62,250 bases of DNA, filler included, from Circinaria calcarea (GCA_051942165.1; 8 parts of 8 records of this genome joined end to end with filler, not necessarily neighbours in it); one strand, 5' to 3'. Positions 43,230 to 55,237 are shown, counted from the first letter of the whole stretch. The notes: generated by a model from the sequence alone, not told the origin. Numbers and translations are program-made.

Positions 43230-44190
43230 TGACCGTGAAAAGGTTGCTATAGTCCCCTAGACTACGACCGTGCGTGTACTGGCCCTCTAGAAACATGTCG
43301 ATAATCTTGTCGTGCCCTTCTGAAGAAGCAGCCTGTAGAGCAGTACTATAGCGTCTGCTCCGCGCGTTAGCATTTGCGCTCTTAGCTAGGAGCATCTCGA
43401 CGATCTTATCGTGCCTTTCTGAAGAAGAAGCCTGCAGAGCATCACCATCGGGTTTATAGCATCTGCTCGGCGCCTTAACAGTTGCGTTATAAACTAGGAG
43501 CATCTCCGCAATTCTATCGTGTCTTTTAAAAGAAGCAGTCTGTAGAGCATTGCCGTAGTGTTCTTTCTGCTCCTCAAAAAATTGCGCCACTAGCTCGGAG
43601 CATCTCCACGATCTCATTTGTGCCCTTTAAAAGAAGCAGCTTGTAGAGCATTGCCGTACTCTCCCCCTTCCGCGTTGACATTTTGCGCGCCCTGGTCAAG
43701 GAGTGCCCCTACCTCAATGGACAGGCCTGAAAACGAGGCATAAATATAGCGGGAGGTGCAAGTCCATGGCTCTTGCGCCTTTGAGTCGCCCGCGGCCGAT
43801 CCATTGGGTGAAGACAGATAGAGTTAGCAAAAAAGAAAACTTCGTTCCCAGTTCAGCAGCTCCATTATTCTAGTATGAAGTCTACTAGGCTCCCGTTCTT
43901 GGCATGGCACTGTAGATATACCAGTTCTCTGAATAGTAACTGCGCAAAGGGAAATTGATGGCGGATAAGCTCAGCCGTGTGTTGTTCTCTTTCATCCGGA
44001 GCAGGCAGGTCACATAAATCTCTGCGAAGGTTTGTTCCGCCCTTTGCTCTTATGAATCGTTACAAAAATTGAATTTTAATATTCGCTGATTTTAGGTACG
44101 CCTTCACCGGAAAGTGCGCTAGCTGGAGAATAGGCTCAATATTATTACTTCGACGATAAGGTGCCTCTATCAAAGACTGAGATACCTCCT
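43230..44190 (-). pseudogene. decayed NACHT-type NLR C-terminal half (winged helix + ankyrin repeats)
   Basis: Four ~100-bp ankyrin units (YGNALQAASFKG, YGNALQTASFKRHDRIAEMLL, ALQASSSERHDKIVEMLL, ALQAASSEGHDKIIDMFL); upstream relics LAHFPVKAYLKS and FPFAQ with frameshifts and stops. Confidence 0.8.
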
Positions 44191-44219
44191 CATCTCTTAA
44201 CCCTAACCCGAACCCGAAG

Positions 44220-44820
44220 GATCTTTTTCCCCGAAAATCTAATTTAAATTATTATTTTAAAAAATATAAGGATTTTTTATGAATAATATAATAATCTTAC
44301 GATAAGGATCGGTAAATTATATAATAATAAACTTAATAGGTTCGCGTAAACGTATAAATTATTACTAAAGAATTCTGGTGTAATATTTCGCGAAGAAAAT
44401 CTTTCTCGCTAAGCTAACACCTCGTGACCTCGGTATATAGTTTATTCATAGGGTTCGTAGAGGTTCTCGGGTAAAGCCCTTATAAAAAAATTTATAACTT
44501 TATCGGGATTAAATTTATTAAGAAAATAGTTGAAATACGGTGCATTCCTAATAGCTAACTACCATGACTGTAGTCATGGCACCCAATGGGGCTTAGCGTA
44601 ATAGTGGCAGTATATCTCTGCCAGCAGAGCGTAGCTAGTTAGAAAACCTTCAATGCAATAGTGGTTCCACCAACAGGTCGTGTAGTGACACTTACCCATA
44701 CTTTTCAAATAAAATTAAGAAATTATATTTTATAAAATTCTTTATTTTAAAAAATAGCTTATTTAAAATTTCCAAAACTATCAAAAAAATATTAAATATT
44801 ATACCGTTTTTAAAGAAGTG
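44220..44820. mobile_element. AT-rich, probably RIP-mutated repeat relic
   Basis: Abrupt AT/TpA-rich blocks at 44230-44530 and 44700-44815 in an otherwise ~50% GC genome. Confidence 0.55.
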
Positions 44821-45099
44821 GTACTTTGCCCCATTTTCAGCTCTATATACTATGGTATTCTGGGCAGAGTACCAGGAGGGAGGATGTTAGGTTTTATAGC
44901 CGCGGCTGTGGTGCGGAGAATGCCCGCGGATCGCGGAAAAAGGAGATGGGGACATGGGAGAGAACGTGAGTGCGTGCGCCTGGTTTTTTTTTTTTTTTTT
45001 TTTTGGGGGGGCGGCTTAGCTTAGTGGTTTGCTCTAGCGCTGGGGCTTTGGTTCGGGAAAGGCAAAAGGATAGAAGGTTTCCGGAGGGGAGGGAACTCA

Positions 45100-46189
45100 T
45101 GTATTTACCGAGGATTGGTTGCGGAGCCATGTATTCGACACTAGCGTTCAAACTCTGGCACCTATTTGATAATCGTAGCTGTACCCTGTATGATCAACCG
45201 CCCCGGTGCATTTGGGAATTTTTCGCCTGAAAGCCTGCAGATCACGGTCGTAGTAAAAGCTGCTGGATATTTCAACGAAGAGCACCGCTTCTTTTCCATC
45301 GGAGAGGCCGTTGAGCAGTTATCCTTGAACTGGGAAGCAGTCTACCCAGCTTGGTCTGAAGGTTGGGTATTCGGAGATGAAGTTATTGAGGTTCTGCATC
45401 ACCTCCGGATATTGTTGGGTAGGGATCAGAGAGCCCGAATCCAATGTGAGAGACGTATTGATGAGGTTCATTCTTGGGACGAGCCAAGGATAGACGCATT
45501 TTCCTTCTCAGAAACTCGGGTAGTTTCGCTATAGAGCTGAGGCGCAGATCCTAGCTGGAAACACGGTTGTTAGCTGTGATAGTTCTTGCTCCTGATGGAG
45601 GTTGATACCATGTAGACCGACAGGTACCTATCACCAGTTTGAACAGATACTTTCGCTATCTCCTTCGTGACGGGAGTAGCGGCATACATTTGCTCCCCAA
45701 CCTCTGCGACGAAACCTGTGGCGGTAAGGGCCCGCATGAGGCGGACTTGGACAGGTCAAGCTCAGTGGCGTCTGGTAGTAAACCGGGCACGAAACAATTT
45801 GTACCCACCGATAAGACGGCGCTCGCCCCCCGAAGCAGCCGCAAGCTCTACCGCAGACTTTGTACCCTTAGCATGCGCAAGGCGATTGAAAAAATCCAGA
45901 TTGATGGCGATCTTCGAGCACATGGTACAACCCGGCTGGTTTATTTCACATCCGAGTCAGCATCATCTACGTATGATTACCAGCATAGCGGTGCCAACCA
46001 TATACCAAATGCCATCTCAGCAACCACATCTTGCGGTTGTTCCAGCGCAGCTGTCAGTTTTCGGGACGCTTGCAGGGCCCGAAGACGTCCAAGCTCGTTG
46101 GTGGAGAAGTCGAAGTCGGGCTGGGCCACCAAGGTGATGGTCTCGCGGATGCGGGAAGCGATGAGGTCGGCATCGCTGGTTGAAGCCAT
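45100..46189 (-). pseudogene. O-methyltransferase (Methyltransf_2) pseudogene
   Basis: ALQASRKLTAALEQP, SKIAINLDFF, SAVELAAASGA, RLMRALTATGFVAEVG...YAATP, SWVDCFPV, AFRRKFPNAPGRLIIQ, PQPILG; in-frame stops and frameshifts; SAM motif decayed to VLFVEISSS; C-terminus missing. Confidence 0.82.
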
Positions 46190-46686
46190 AGGGAGTCCAG
46201 TGGCTGGATGGTATTGAATGGCAACACGATCAACCAAGGGCAAATAACTCCAACGGAGCAATGAGGATGATTTGGTGGTAACAGCTGCACTGTAAGATGA
46301 CAGAACGAATCCGGATGTCTGTAATCCCGTTGTACGAGCATTAACGAAGGACGGAATATGCGGGAGGAAAGAGGAAAGGAAACACAGGCATTGGTTGACA
46401 AGAGGTATGAAATACACTAGAGGTTCCGGAACATTCTGCTGCTTTTTACTTTACGTGTGGCACCGTGAGTCTGAAAGACAGAGGACGTGATTGGCTGATC
46501 TTGGCGTGTTAGCAATCTTCTGCGTGTAAGAGCCTTTAAAAGCCGATGAGGGTGTGATCATGAACGGAAAATACTTTTCTATTGGTATCGGATCCGAGAC
46601 GCCTCTATGGAAGATGTCTCCGCCGTCATGCATGTCAAGCACTCGCGTACAAGTCGTCGCCCTCATTGCAGGAGATGTGCCCTCCT

Positions 46687-46786
46687 NNNNNNNNNNNNNN
46701 NNNNNNNNNNNNNNNNNNNNNNNNNNNNNNTTAATTAATTAANNNNNNNNNNNNNNNNNNNNNNNNNNNNNNNNNNNNNNNNNNNN
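46687..46786. other. artificial contig-joining spacer
   Basis: N44-TTAATTAATTAA-N44. Confidence 0.99.
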
Positions 46787-46787
46787 A

Positions 46788-47324
46788 ATCTCGAGTGCGC
46801 TTTCACCGTCAAAGTCTAGTATAGAGGACCAGGTAACCTCACCAACCACAGATGTCCCATCACTTAGAGGGACACCTCAATTTGACGATGTACAGCTTCA
46901 AGTCACGGCTGATACGCCCGTGGGACCGGGGACCCCCGGATCAGAATACTTTTCCGCACCTGACCTGCCGAAATCAACAGCAAAGACAACGCCGCCCGTG
47001 GCTCCCACCAAACTCACCAAGGAACGGGGCAATGGGCAACCTTCCGGGACGCATCGACAGCGAGGTGGTACCCGTAATGCATCGAAGGGCGGCGGTCTGC
47101 ACGTCAATCCCGTTGAATCCGCCCCGTGGTCCCACCTTGCAGACAAGAATGCCACCCTACCGGTGGACGGTGTGAGAGGAATAGGGAACAAGGCGGCTAA
47201 GCCAACCGGGATGCTCGGGTTCTTGAGCCGGAAAGGTGGAAGAGCGAGAAGTCCCAAACCCCGAGAAGCAGGTGTATTGGGAAAGGAGGGAGCGAGGGTG
47301 GTGATCAATTCGGGAGGGCGATGA
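46788..47324 (+). CDS. 3' end of an unidentified gene
   Basis: Exon ending GAC CAG|gtaacc spliced to tacag|CTT CAA; last exon ends RSPKPREAGVLGKEGARVVINSGGR-TGA. Confidence 0.6.
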   Translation: MSSALSPSKSSIEDQVTSPTTDVPSLRGTPQFDDVQLQVTADTPVGPGTPGSEYFSAPDLPKSTAKTTPPVAPTKLTKERGNGQPSGTHRQRGGTRNASKGGGLHVNPVESAPWSHLADKNATLPVDGVRGIGNKAAKPTGMLGFLSRKGGRARSPKPREAGVLGKEGARVVINSGGR

Positions 47325-48360
47325 GATTCGAGTTGGCCTTGATAGAACGAGCAAAAGGGCGAGAGCTTGCGCTTGCATTGATTTTGGGAGGGGGCCATAT
47401 GCTTTAACGACTTTCTCCTTGCGCTGTGTTTTTGAGCGTGTTGCTGTGGCATCTGAGCGAGGTGGCGTTCTTTGCAGAGACATGCTGATATGACAGCGTG
47501 GCTCGATTTTAACCTGCATTTCCGGCGAAGGAGGAGAGGTGGAAGGGGTCCATGTATGAGATGGTGTTGTGGATACCCCCCTACTCTTCAAGCGGCGAGC
47601 TACTGGTTTATCCCATATTCCTATTCAGCCTGTTGAGTTGGAGGAAGGAGCTACGATGTTGGTATCAAAGGGAATGAATCAACTTAGTCCAGATATTAGA
47701 ACTTAGCTCAACCATTTATCTGCAGAATTCGCTCTTATTCCGGTTAATGCTGATTGACTAAGCACTCTACGGATTCTCTGTCATCAAGTTGAAGCAAAAA
47801 CGACTCCTTTTCAGCATCGAATCGAAATCCATAGGCATTGTGTCACCTTATTAAGGTACATCTATATATATACTTGCAGCATGCACGCCTCCTACGATTT
47901 CATTGGGCGAGATAGGCCCCCGGACGAATCAGACTTGCAGTCGCCCCAGAGGGCGGGGAAACTTGAAAGAACGGCCATGACCTCAACAATACTCTATGCA
48001 TCTTACGAATTGAGTTCTTTGGCTTTGTCCTGTCGCTATCACCAATGCGCATCTTTAGAAAGACTGCGCAAGCCGTTGGATTGTCCTTTGAAGGCCTCCC
48101 CGCCTCTTGAGGCTTCCGCTCGCTTTTCTCTGTTGCTGGGTCACCTAATCCCGATTCGGCGTAAACACGGCCCCAGTGGCTCCAAACCAGGCCCAAGACC
48201 TACCTTTTTCTTGCTCGAACAGCTCAAGTCATTCGTTCGCCGACAAAGCAGCCTTCAAAGATTCACTCGTTGAATTGGTCAAATCGATCGCATTCCTAGC
48301 TCCCGAGCCCAATCTGCCGCATGACCGTGGACCCACATTCCAGCTACAAAAGTCTCAAAG

Positions 48361-50591
48361 ATGGCGGACGGAGACCGCCCCACCTCCAAGTCGAAGACTC
48401 GAAGTCGTCCAACTTCAGGCACTACCCCAAAGGAAAGGACTCCACGTCAATCGGGTGAAAAGTCACATTCCAGAAGTCCAGAGAAGAAGCAGTCGCGGAG
48501 TCCGGAGAAAAAGCAGTCGCGAAGTCCGGAGAAGAAGCAGTCGCAAAGTCCCGAGAAGAAGCAGTCGCAAAGTCCCGAGAAGCGCTCCTCGAAACCTGTC
48601 GTCAAGATAAAAGAAAGCGAATACACGCCATCGCAAACGTCTTCGAATGTGCTCAGCGTGGATTCCCTCGCGAAATTGAACGCGGAAAACGAGAAGACCG
48701 GATCTGGGGAGAATAGAAAAGTTACGGAGAAGCAGCAGAAAGAAAAGGTAGTTACGGAAGGGGAAGTAACAGAGCGGGTGGGACAAAAACGGGAGGAAGA
48801 TCGAGGAAGGAGGAGGAAGAAGAAGAGGATTGTTAGTGGAGCGATACTGGAGGAGGGAGATGGTAGAAGAGGTGGCTATATAAGCCCTGACGAGGGGCGA
48901 CCGAGGATTGGCCGTGGAGGTTGGATAGCCATTGGGTTGGTATTGTTATTGCTCGCGATATTGATACCTGTCGGGGTTTATCTCGCAGGTAGGAATAGCA
49001 AAAGTAATAATGCCGCACCTGGGTCATCTTCAACTTCAGCACCCAATGGAAGCTTGAATGGGGTCAATGTTCCGACATCTGCCAAAGGAGGCTACCTCGA
49101 TCCTTTCACTTGGTATGACACCAAGGACTTTAATGTTACATATACGAATGAGACCGTTGGTGGATTACCTATCATGGGCCTGAACTCAAACTGGGACGAT
49201 ACAGCCAAGGCGAACGACTATGTCCCGGCGTTGAATGAGAAATTTGCCTACGGGACGATGCCCATTCGGGGTGTAAATCTAGGTGGATGGCTATCGATCG
49301 AACCCTTCATCACACCTAGTCTGTTCAATACATATGATTCAAAGTTGGGTATTATTGATGAGTACACCTTGTGCCGGCATCTTGGAACCGAGCAGGCGGC
49401 TCAAACTTTGGAAAAACACTACTCTACCTTCATCAACGAGCAGACATTCAAGGACGTTCAGGCGGCCGGCTTCGACCATGTGCGCATACCGTATTCGTAT
49501 TGGGCCGTTACGACCTATCCTGGAGATCCTTATGTCCCAAAGATCTCATGGCGCTACTTGCTGCGAGGCATTGAATACGCTCGAAAGTACGGTCTCCGAG
49601 TCAACCTGGATCTTCACGGCGCCCCGGGCAGTCAGAATGGATGGAACCATAGCGGGAGACAGGGAGTCATCGGGTGGTTGAATGGTACAGATGGCCAACT
49701 GAACGGGCAGAGGTCTCTGGATTTGCATGAGCAGCTTTCGACCTTCTTCGCCCAACCAAGGTACAAGAACGTCATCGCCATCTACGGATTGGTAAATGAA
49801 CCCAAAATGACGAGGCTTCCCCCTACCTCGGTCATCGGCTGGACCACCAGCGCCATAGAGATTGTACGCAAGAATGGCATCACTCAAACCATTGCCTTTG
49901 GAGATGGGTTCTTGGGCTTGCCCAACTGGCAGGGCAAATTACAAGGTATTGAAGGATTGGTCATGGATGCGCATCAATATGTTATTTTCAACGTGGATCA
50001 GATTGGATTCTCGCACAAGACGAAGCTCAACTTCGCTTGCTCGGGTTGGGCTGGTCAGATGAAGCAAAGTATTAACACAGCCACTGGGTATGTTCTCATC
50101 GTTATGCTTCCCTCCATCCGGATGACTCCACGCGTTGCTGCAGACGCAGAGCTGACTTGGCTTCCAGTTTCGGACCTACTCTTTGCGGCGAATGGTCTCA
50201 AGCAGACACCGATTGCGCTACCTACCTCAACAATGTCGGTGCCGGCAACCGCTGGACGGGCACCATGAACCTTGGTGACCCATCGCTGAACGTTCTCACG
50301 CCATCCTGTCCCAAAAACAGCGGCAAGTGTGACTGCACCGAGGCCAACGCGGATCCCGCCCAGTACAGCGACATCTACAAGCGATGGCTACTAATGAACG
50401 CCCAGGCTCAAATGACGAGCTTCGAGATCGGCTGGGGCTGGTTTTACTGGACTTGGGTGACGGAGACGAACGTCCAATGGAGCTGGAAGCTGGGCATGGC
50501 CGCAGGTATCCTGCCGCAGAAAACATGGAATCGAGATTTCAATTGCACGCAGATCGTTCCGGACTTCCCGGGCTTACCGGAGAACTACTAA
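48361..50591 (+). CDS. exgD: type II membrane exo-beta-1,3-glucanase, GH5 (ExgD-like)
   Basis: Charged cytosolic N-terminus, TM WIAIGLVLLLLAILIPVGVYL, RGVNLGGWLSIEPFITPS, DHVRIP, DLHGAPGSQNGWNHSG, VNEP acid/base, CGEWS nucleophile, GWFYWTW; intron 50088-50167. Confidence 0.95.
48475..48582 (+). repeat. coding 24-bp tandem repeat (SPEKKQS[R/Q]) x4.5
   Basis: AGTCCNGAGAARAAGCAGTCGC[G/A]R repeated four times plus a fifth SPEK. Confidence 0.95.
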
Positions 50592-51424
50592 GGGGGCCTC
50601 TTGGGTGAAAGTAAGGGCCGTACATATAACGGGGCGTTGGAGGATGTAACGATACACGACGTCGCATTTCTATGCCGGGGGCCTCATTTGCATCTGATTG
50701 GGTTCAATTGAATTTTGAGGGGTATCGGGGGGCCTCTATTCGCATGGTCTGATTTGGCTTGCTTTTACATCGTCGAGAGCCTTTTATACCTATCTTCGAC
50801 CGTCTTTGATATACCTACCACCTGCTAAAAGCATACATGCAGCTTGGACCAAACTTGTACATGGTGGACCAATTGAACAGATAGATGTCCAGTTAATGGC
50901 GCAATCGGTGGATGTGCAAAACTCGGGTAGTTAAGACGTGCATAGCTTCGTCGTGTATGTGGAGCCTCAATGACGGAATTTGGTGACTTGATGGTCCCGC
51001 TGCAGCTCTCGATGCTGCCCTGTCTCCGTATGTGTGGGTAAGTTTCAGATGTGGCTTGAGATAAGCACTCGAAGCTTTTTCTTTCCGACGGAACGGGACG
51101 TCCCCGCTTACCTTCTTTTGGGAGAAAACCCCCTTTTGGACGTCCGAGAGCCTCCCCACTCATTAGTTGGCTCCTGTCGTGTGGAGTAGCTTCCTACGGA
51201 GTAAAGCATCGTGCAATGCGCTGTGCGCTGTGCGCTTATCGCCGAGACTCTTCTGATTCGAATGTATCAATGACGGTAGGCGAGTGAGTGCTGCAGACGA
51301 AATGTAAACCGCTGGAGTATTTCACCTGCAAGCTTCTCTTTTTTACCCCCCGTCTTACATTGCTTTGCTCTATGTGATGCTGTAAAGACTGATTGGAATC
51401 CCGTGCATTAATCCCTTGGCTACA

Positions 51425-53227
51425 ATGTCGGACAATCAGCGTTCCACTAATGGAGCGCTCGAAGTTGTACAGAAGGGAAGCGAGAAAACTGCTGGTGCTC
51501 CTGGGGTGGTCATTGTGGATGAAGATCCTGCGGCGCCGTCAAAGGATGTTTCGTCGAAGAAGCGGTCGTTGTCGGATCTTTTCACCATTGTATGCGTGTC
51601 TTGTTAGGTCCAGGCCAGAGTGACCGAAGAGAAGAGCGCTGATGTTGCCGACTCTAGTTCTGTGCGGGCTTTGCCTTGATCAGTGATGGGTATCAGAACA
51701 ACTTGATGCAAGTATCGCTTGCACCAGCTCTAGGGATATGTCAATGGTAGCCGCCATGCTGACTTGTATAGGACAATGACCAATGTGCTGTTCAGGAAAG
51801 CGTTCAAGAAAGAGTATACTGCAGCTGTCAGTACCCAGGTCTCCAATGCCTTGCTGGTGGGAGAGATCGTTGGACAAATTGTGATTGGCCTGACTTGCGA
51901 CTACCTTGGCCGAAAGGTGGCCATCGTCACCACTACGCTCATGATCATCATCGGTGGTATCCTGGCGACGGCGGCTCATGGAAATACCATCCTGGGCATG
52001 TTCTGGATGATTACCATTGCCCGAGGGGTGGTCGGTTTTGGCACCGGAGGCGAGTATCCGGCCTCGTCGACGTCTGCCTCTGAAGCTGCAAACGAACACA
52101 GTCTCAAGAGGCGTGGTCCGATCTTCATCTTGGTTACGAACTTGCCCCTGTCGTTAGGAGGGCCCTTGGCCGTGATAGTCTTCCTGATTGTATATTCCAT
52201 CTGCGGGCCTAGCCATCTATCGACAGTATGGAGGGTGTGCTTTGGTATCGGATGCTTGCTTCCACTGACGGTCTTCTATTTCCGGATCAGGATGCTGAAT
52301 TCAAAGCTTTACCGTCGAGGTGCGATCAAGAAGAAGGTGCCTTATGGATTGGTCGTCCGATACTATTGGAAGTCGTTGATGGGAACGTGTGGGGCCTGGT
52401 TCATATATGACTTTGTAGGTGTTTGAGCTCGAACCGGTCGAGCGGGTATGATCTGATTGGTTAACAGGTGACTTTCCCCAACGGAGTCTTCTCCGGTACC
52501 ATCATCGCTAGCGTGGTCAAGGACAGCGACATTGTCAAGACGGGGGAGTACCAACTCCTGCTTGGAATCATTGCTCTTCCCGGTGTTTTCGTGGGTGCCT
52601 ATCTCTGTGACAGATTCGGCCGGAAGAACACGATGATGCTTGGTTTCAGTGGATACCGTGAGTCACCCGCGCCATCTGCGGGTAAAGAACTGGGAAGGTC
52701 TAACCGGGTTCTCAGTGATCTTTGGCCTCATCATCGGCTGCGCCTATGACCAGATCACCAAGATCATTCCTCTTTTCGTCATCTTCTACGGACTCATGCA
52801 GTCATTCGGCAATCTTGGCCCAGGGAATATGCTCGGTCTCCTGTCGTCGGAAAGTTATGCGACTGCTGTTCGAGGGACATGCTATGGCATCTCGGCCGCG
52901 ATAGGTAAGACTGGCGCTGCTGTGGGTACCGAAGTCTTTACGCCCATCCAGATCCATCTGGGGAAGAGATGGACCTTTATCATCGCTGCCATTTGCGGTG
53001 TTGCCGGTATCCTAGTGACGTATTTCTTCATCAAGGACGTTCGGGGAGATGATTTGGCAAACGAGGACGAGCAGTTCAGAGCTTACCTCGTGTCGCATGG
53101 GTGGGAAGGGGAGATGGGAGACGAAGGCCTGAAGGCTTCGGCCGAAGAAGGTGTCCATTCGGCCATGATAGAAGAGGTGAGAAACAAGCAAGCTGGAAGC
53201 GTTGAGAAGAAGGTAAGCTTTCGCTAA
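51425..53227 (+). CDS. MFS glycerophosphodiester/metabolite transporter (Git1-like)
   Basis: FALISDGYQNNLM, GLTCDYLGRK, ARGVVGFGTGGEYPASSTSASEAANE, GAWFIYDF|VTFPNGVFSG, NLGPGN, RGTCYGISAAIGKTGA; four introns, one GC-AG. Confidence 0.92.
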
Positions 53228-53423
53228 GACTCTAGATAACCAATATACCCATCTACAATGATATTAAATCGTTCAACATCTGATGTTATGCCGGTCCTCT
53301 GTGAATGTCGTGTGTCATATGTTGATTTGATTCACTCGGCTTCCACTACTACTTAAGCAGCGAATCTTCGACACCGACAGCTCCATCTCCAAACAAACTT
53401 CGATATTCACTTTTACTTTCACC

Positions 53424-54179
53424 ATGACGGGCCCCACTGAAACTTCTTCATCCCGGATACGTTACACCAATGAGGAGATTGCCTTCATCTTCCATCACCT
53501 AGGACCCCCCCGTAAAGTCGAAGACGTTACCCACCTGTATAACCAGCATTTCAGTCAGTCACGCTCAAAGGAGGGCCTGACGCAGTTGATTCACAGAGTT
53601 CGAGATCCACGCCACCTTCGCAAAGACGACCACGACGAACAATACTATCTTGCTTCGGCCAAGATATACGATTGGTACACCGATGTCGTCCCTCCACCCC
53701 AGTCAACCGGGTTTGATACTCTCCCAACAGATCAACCGGCCGATTCAAAGCCCGATACGAAGTCACCCAAGTCCCGGGTGCTCACCGAAGGAAACGATCC
53801 CACCTGGACCGCCGGTGGCTACCGGCATACCTGGACCGACGAACAACGCGCCTTTGTGCTGACCTACCACCGCCGCATCCCCAAGCTCGAAGACTTGCTC
53901 GACCGATTCAACGCCCAATTCGTCGACCGCATCGACAGTGGCCGCCTGAAGCTCTGCATCAATTACGTGCAGCGAGACGAAGGGAGGATGAACCGGCTTC
54001 TGGAAATGGCCACACAGTACGCGTGGTACCAGCCCCTTCCTTCGCCGAGCCACCCGGAACGCGCCAAGATGGATCGGGTGGAGCGCCGGCGGGTGGTCAG
54101 CCTCGAGTACCAGAAGAGCAAGAAGGAGAAGAGGGAGGCATGGAAGAGTGGGGCCCTGGATGAATTGTGGCATTCGTAA
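53424..54179 (+). CDS. hypothetical protein with two Myb/HTH-like repeats, 251 aa
   Basis: Intronless ORF with good start context (ttcaccATG); repeats RYTNEEIAFIFHH...VEDVTHLYNQHF and TWTDEQRAFVLTYH...LEDLLDRFNAQF, each followed by an AxxYxWY-like motif. Confidence 0.75.
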   Translation: MTGPTETSSSRIRYTNEEIAFIFHHLGPPRKVEDVTHLYNQHFSQSRSKEGLTQLIHRVRDPRHLRKDDHDEQYYLASAKIYDWYTDVVPPPQSTGFDTLPTDQPADSKPDTKSPKSRVLTEGNDPTWTAGGYRHTWTDEQRAFVLTYHRRIPKLEDLLDRFNAQFVDRIDSGRLKLCINYVQRDEGRMNRLLEMATQYAWYQPLPSPSHPERAKMDRVERRRVVSLEYQKSKKEKREAWKSGALDELWHS

Positions 54180-54473
54180 GTTTCCCTCTCTCTCTCTCCC
54201 TGTCTCGTCTCTCCTCGTCACATCCCAATCACCACGGGGAGACTCGAGGGGAAAAAAGCCGGGGTATTTGGAAAGATGGGTGTTGGCCTAAAACTAACAC
54301 ACTCCTCCCCAAAATGTCTGCAGACCGGAAAGGGCCTCGACGTTGCAAAACTACCACAGCCTCCAACTCTCCCGGCAAGACGGTCATGACGACGACGACG
54401 ACAACGACGACGAAAAGCCCAGATCTATCCTCGCCCCAACCGAACGCGGATCACCTCCCCCCCAGCAAAAAAC

Positions 54474-54573
54474 NNNNNNNNNNNNNNNNNNNNNNNNNNN
54501 NNNNNNNNNNNNNNNNNTTAATTAATTAANNNNNNNNNNNNNNNNNNNNNNNNNNNNNNNNNNNNNNNNNNNN
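54474..54573. other. artificial contig-joining spacer
   Basis: N44-TTAATTAATTAA-N44. Confidence 0.99.
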
Positions 54574-55237
54574 GCATTGCTTCCACGCACCCTACCGTAT
54601 CTGCCACACACCCTCCCTTTTTTCTTTCGCCCAACACACCCCTCTAATATATCACCGACGCACCCCTCGAGTTTTTCCGCCGCCGGAGGCTTCGGAGACT
54701 TCGGACTCGCTCCGTATTATAATCTATAATTATTAGCTAGTGGTATTAATTCGATTAAAGCGCAAAGCGGCGCAGGAAGTAAAGGTAATATAGGCTCGTT
54801 GAAGCTGTTAGATAAACGTCGCAAGATTATATTTATACAGAATTAGTAAAATTGTTAGCGAAAAAGTAAAAAAAGGAAGTTTAATTATAATACGGTTAGC
54901 GCGGACTGGTGCCGGATTATCTATTTTCCGATTAATTTAAATATACTGCCTCGCGGTTGCCAAAAAAACGCGGACACACAAATCTGCCCGACCGTAGAAT
55001 TACCGCCCAATTCTTGCCACTAAGTTTGTGAGGACTGCGGAAGCGTAGGGCCTTCTTAGGCTGGACGGAATCGCTAACTACGGTCGGCGAATTCTGGGTG
55101 TCCGCGTTTTTTTGGCAACCGCGAGACTGCCCAGGGTGCGTGGGCGAAAGAAAAGGGGGGGGGGGTGCGTGGCAGATACGGTAGGGTGCGTGGGAGAAAT
55201 GAATGGTAAAGTAGGGGTGCGTGGTAGATATTCGCCG
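54574..55237. mobile_element. non-autonomous TIR DNA transposon (Tc1/mariner-pogo-like), left end cut by contig start
   Basis: 54574-54643 is an imperfect reverse complement of ~55133-55203 (CCACGCACCCTACCGTATCTGCCAC...TTTTCTTTCGCCCA); repeated CCACGCACCC motifs; right end followed by TA (55238-55239); AT-rich interior. Confidence 0.75.
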
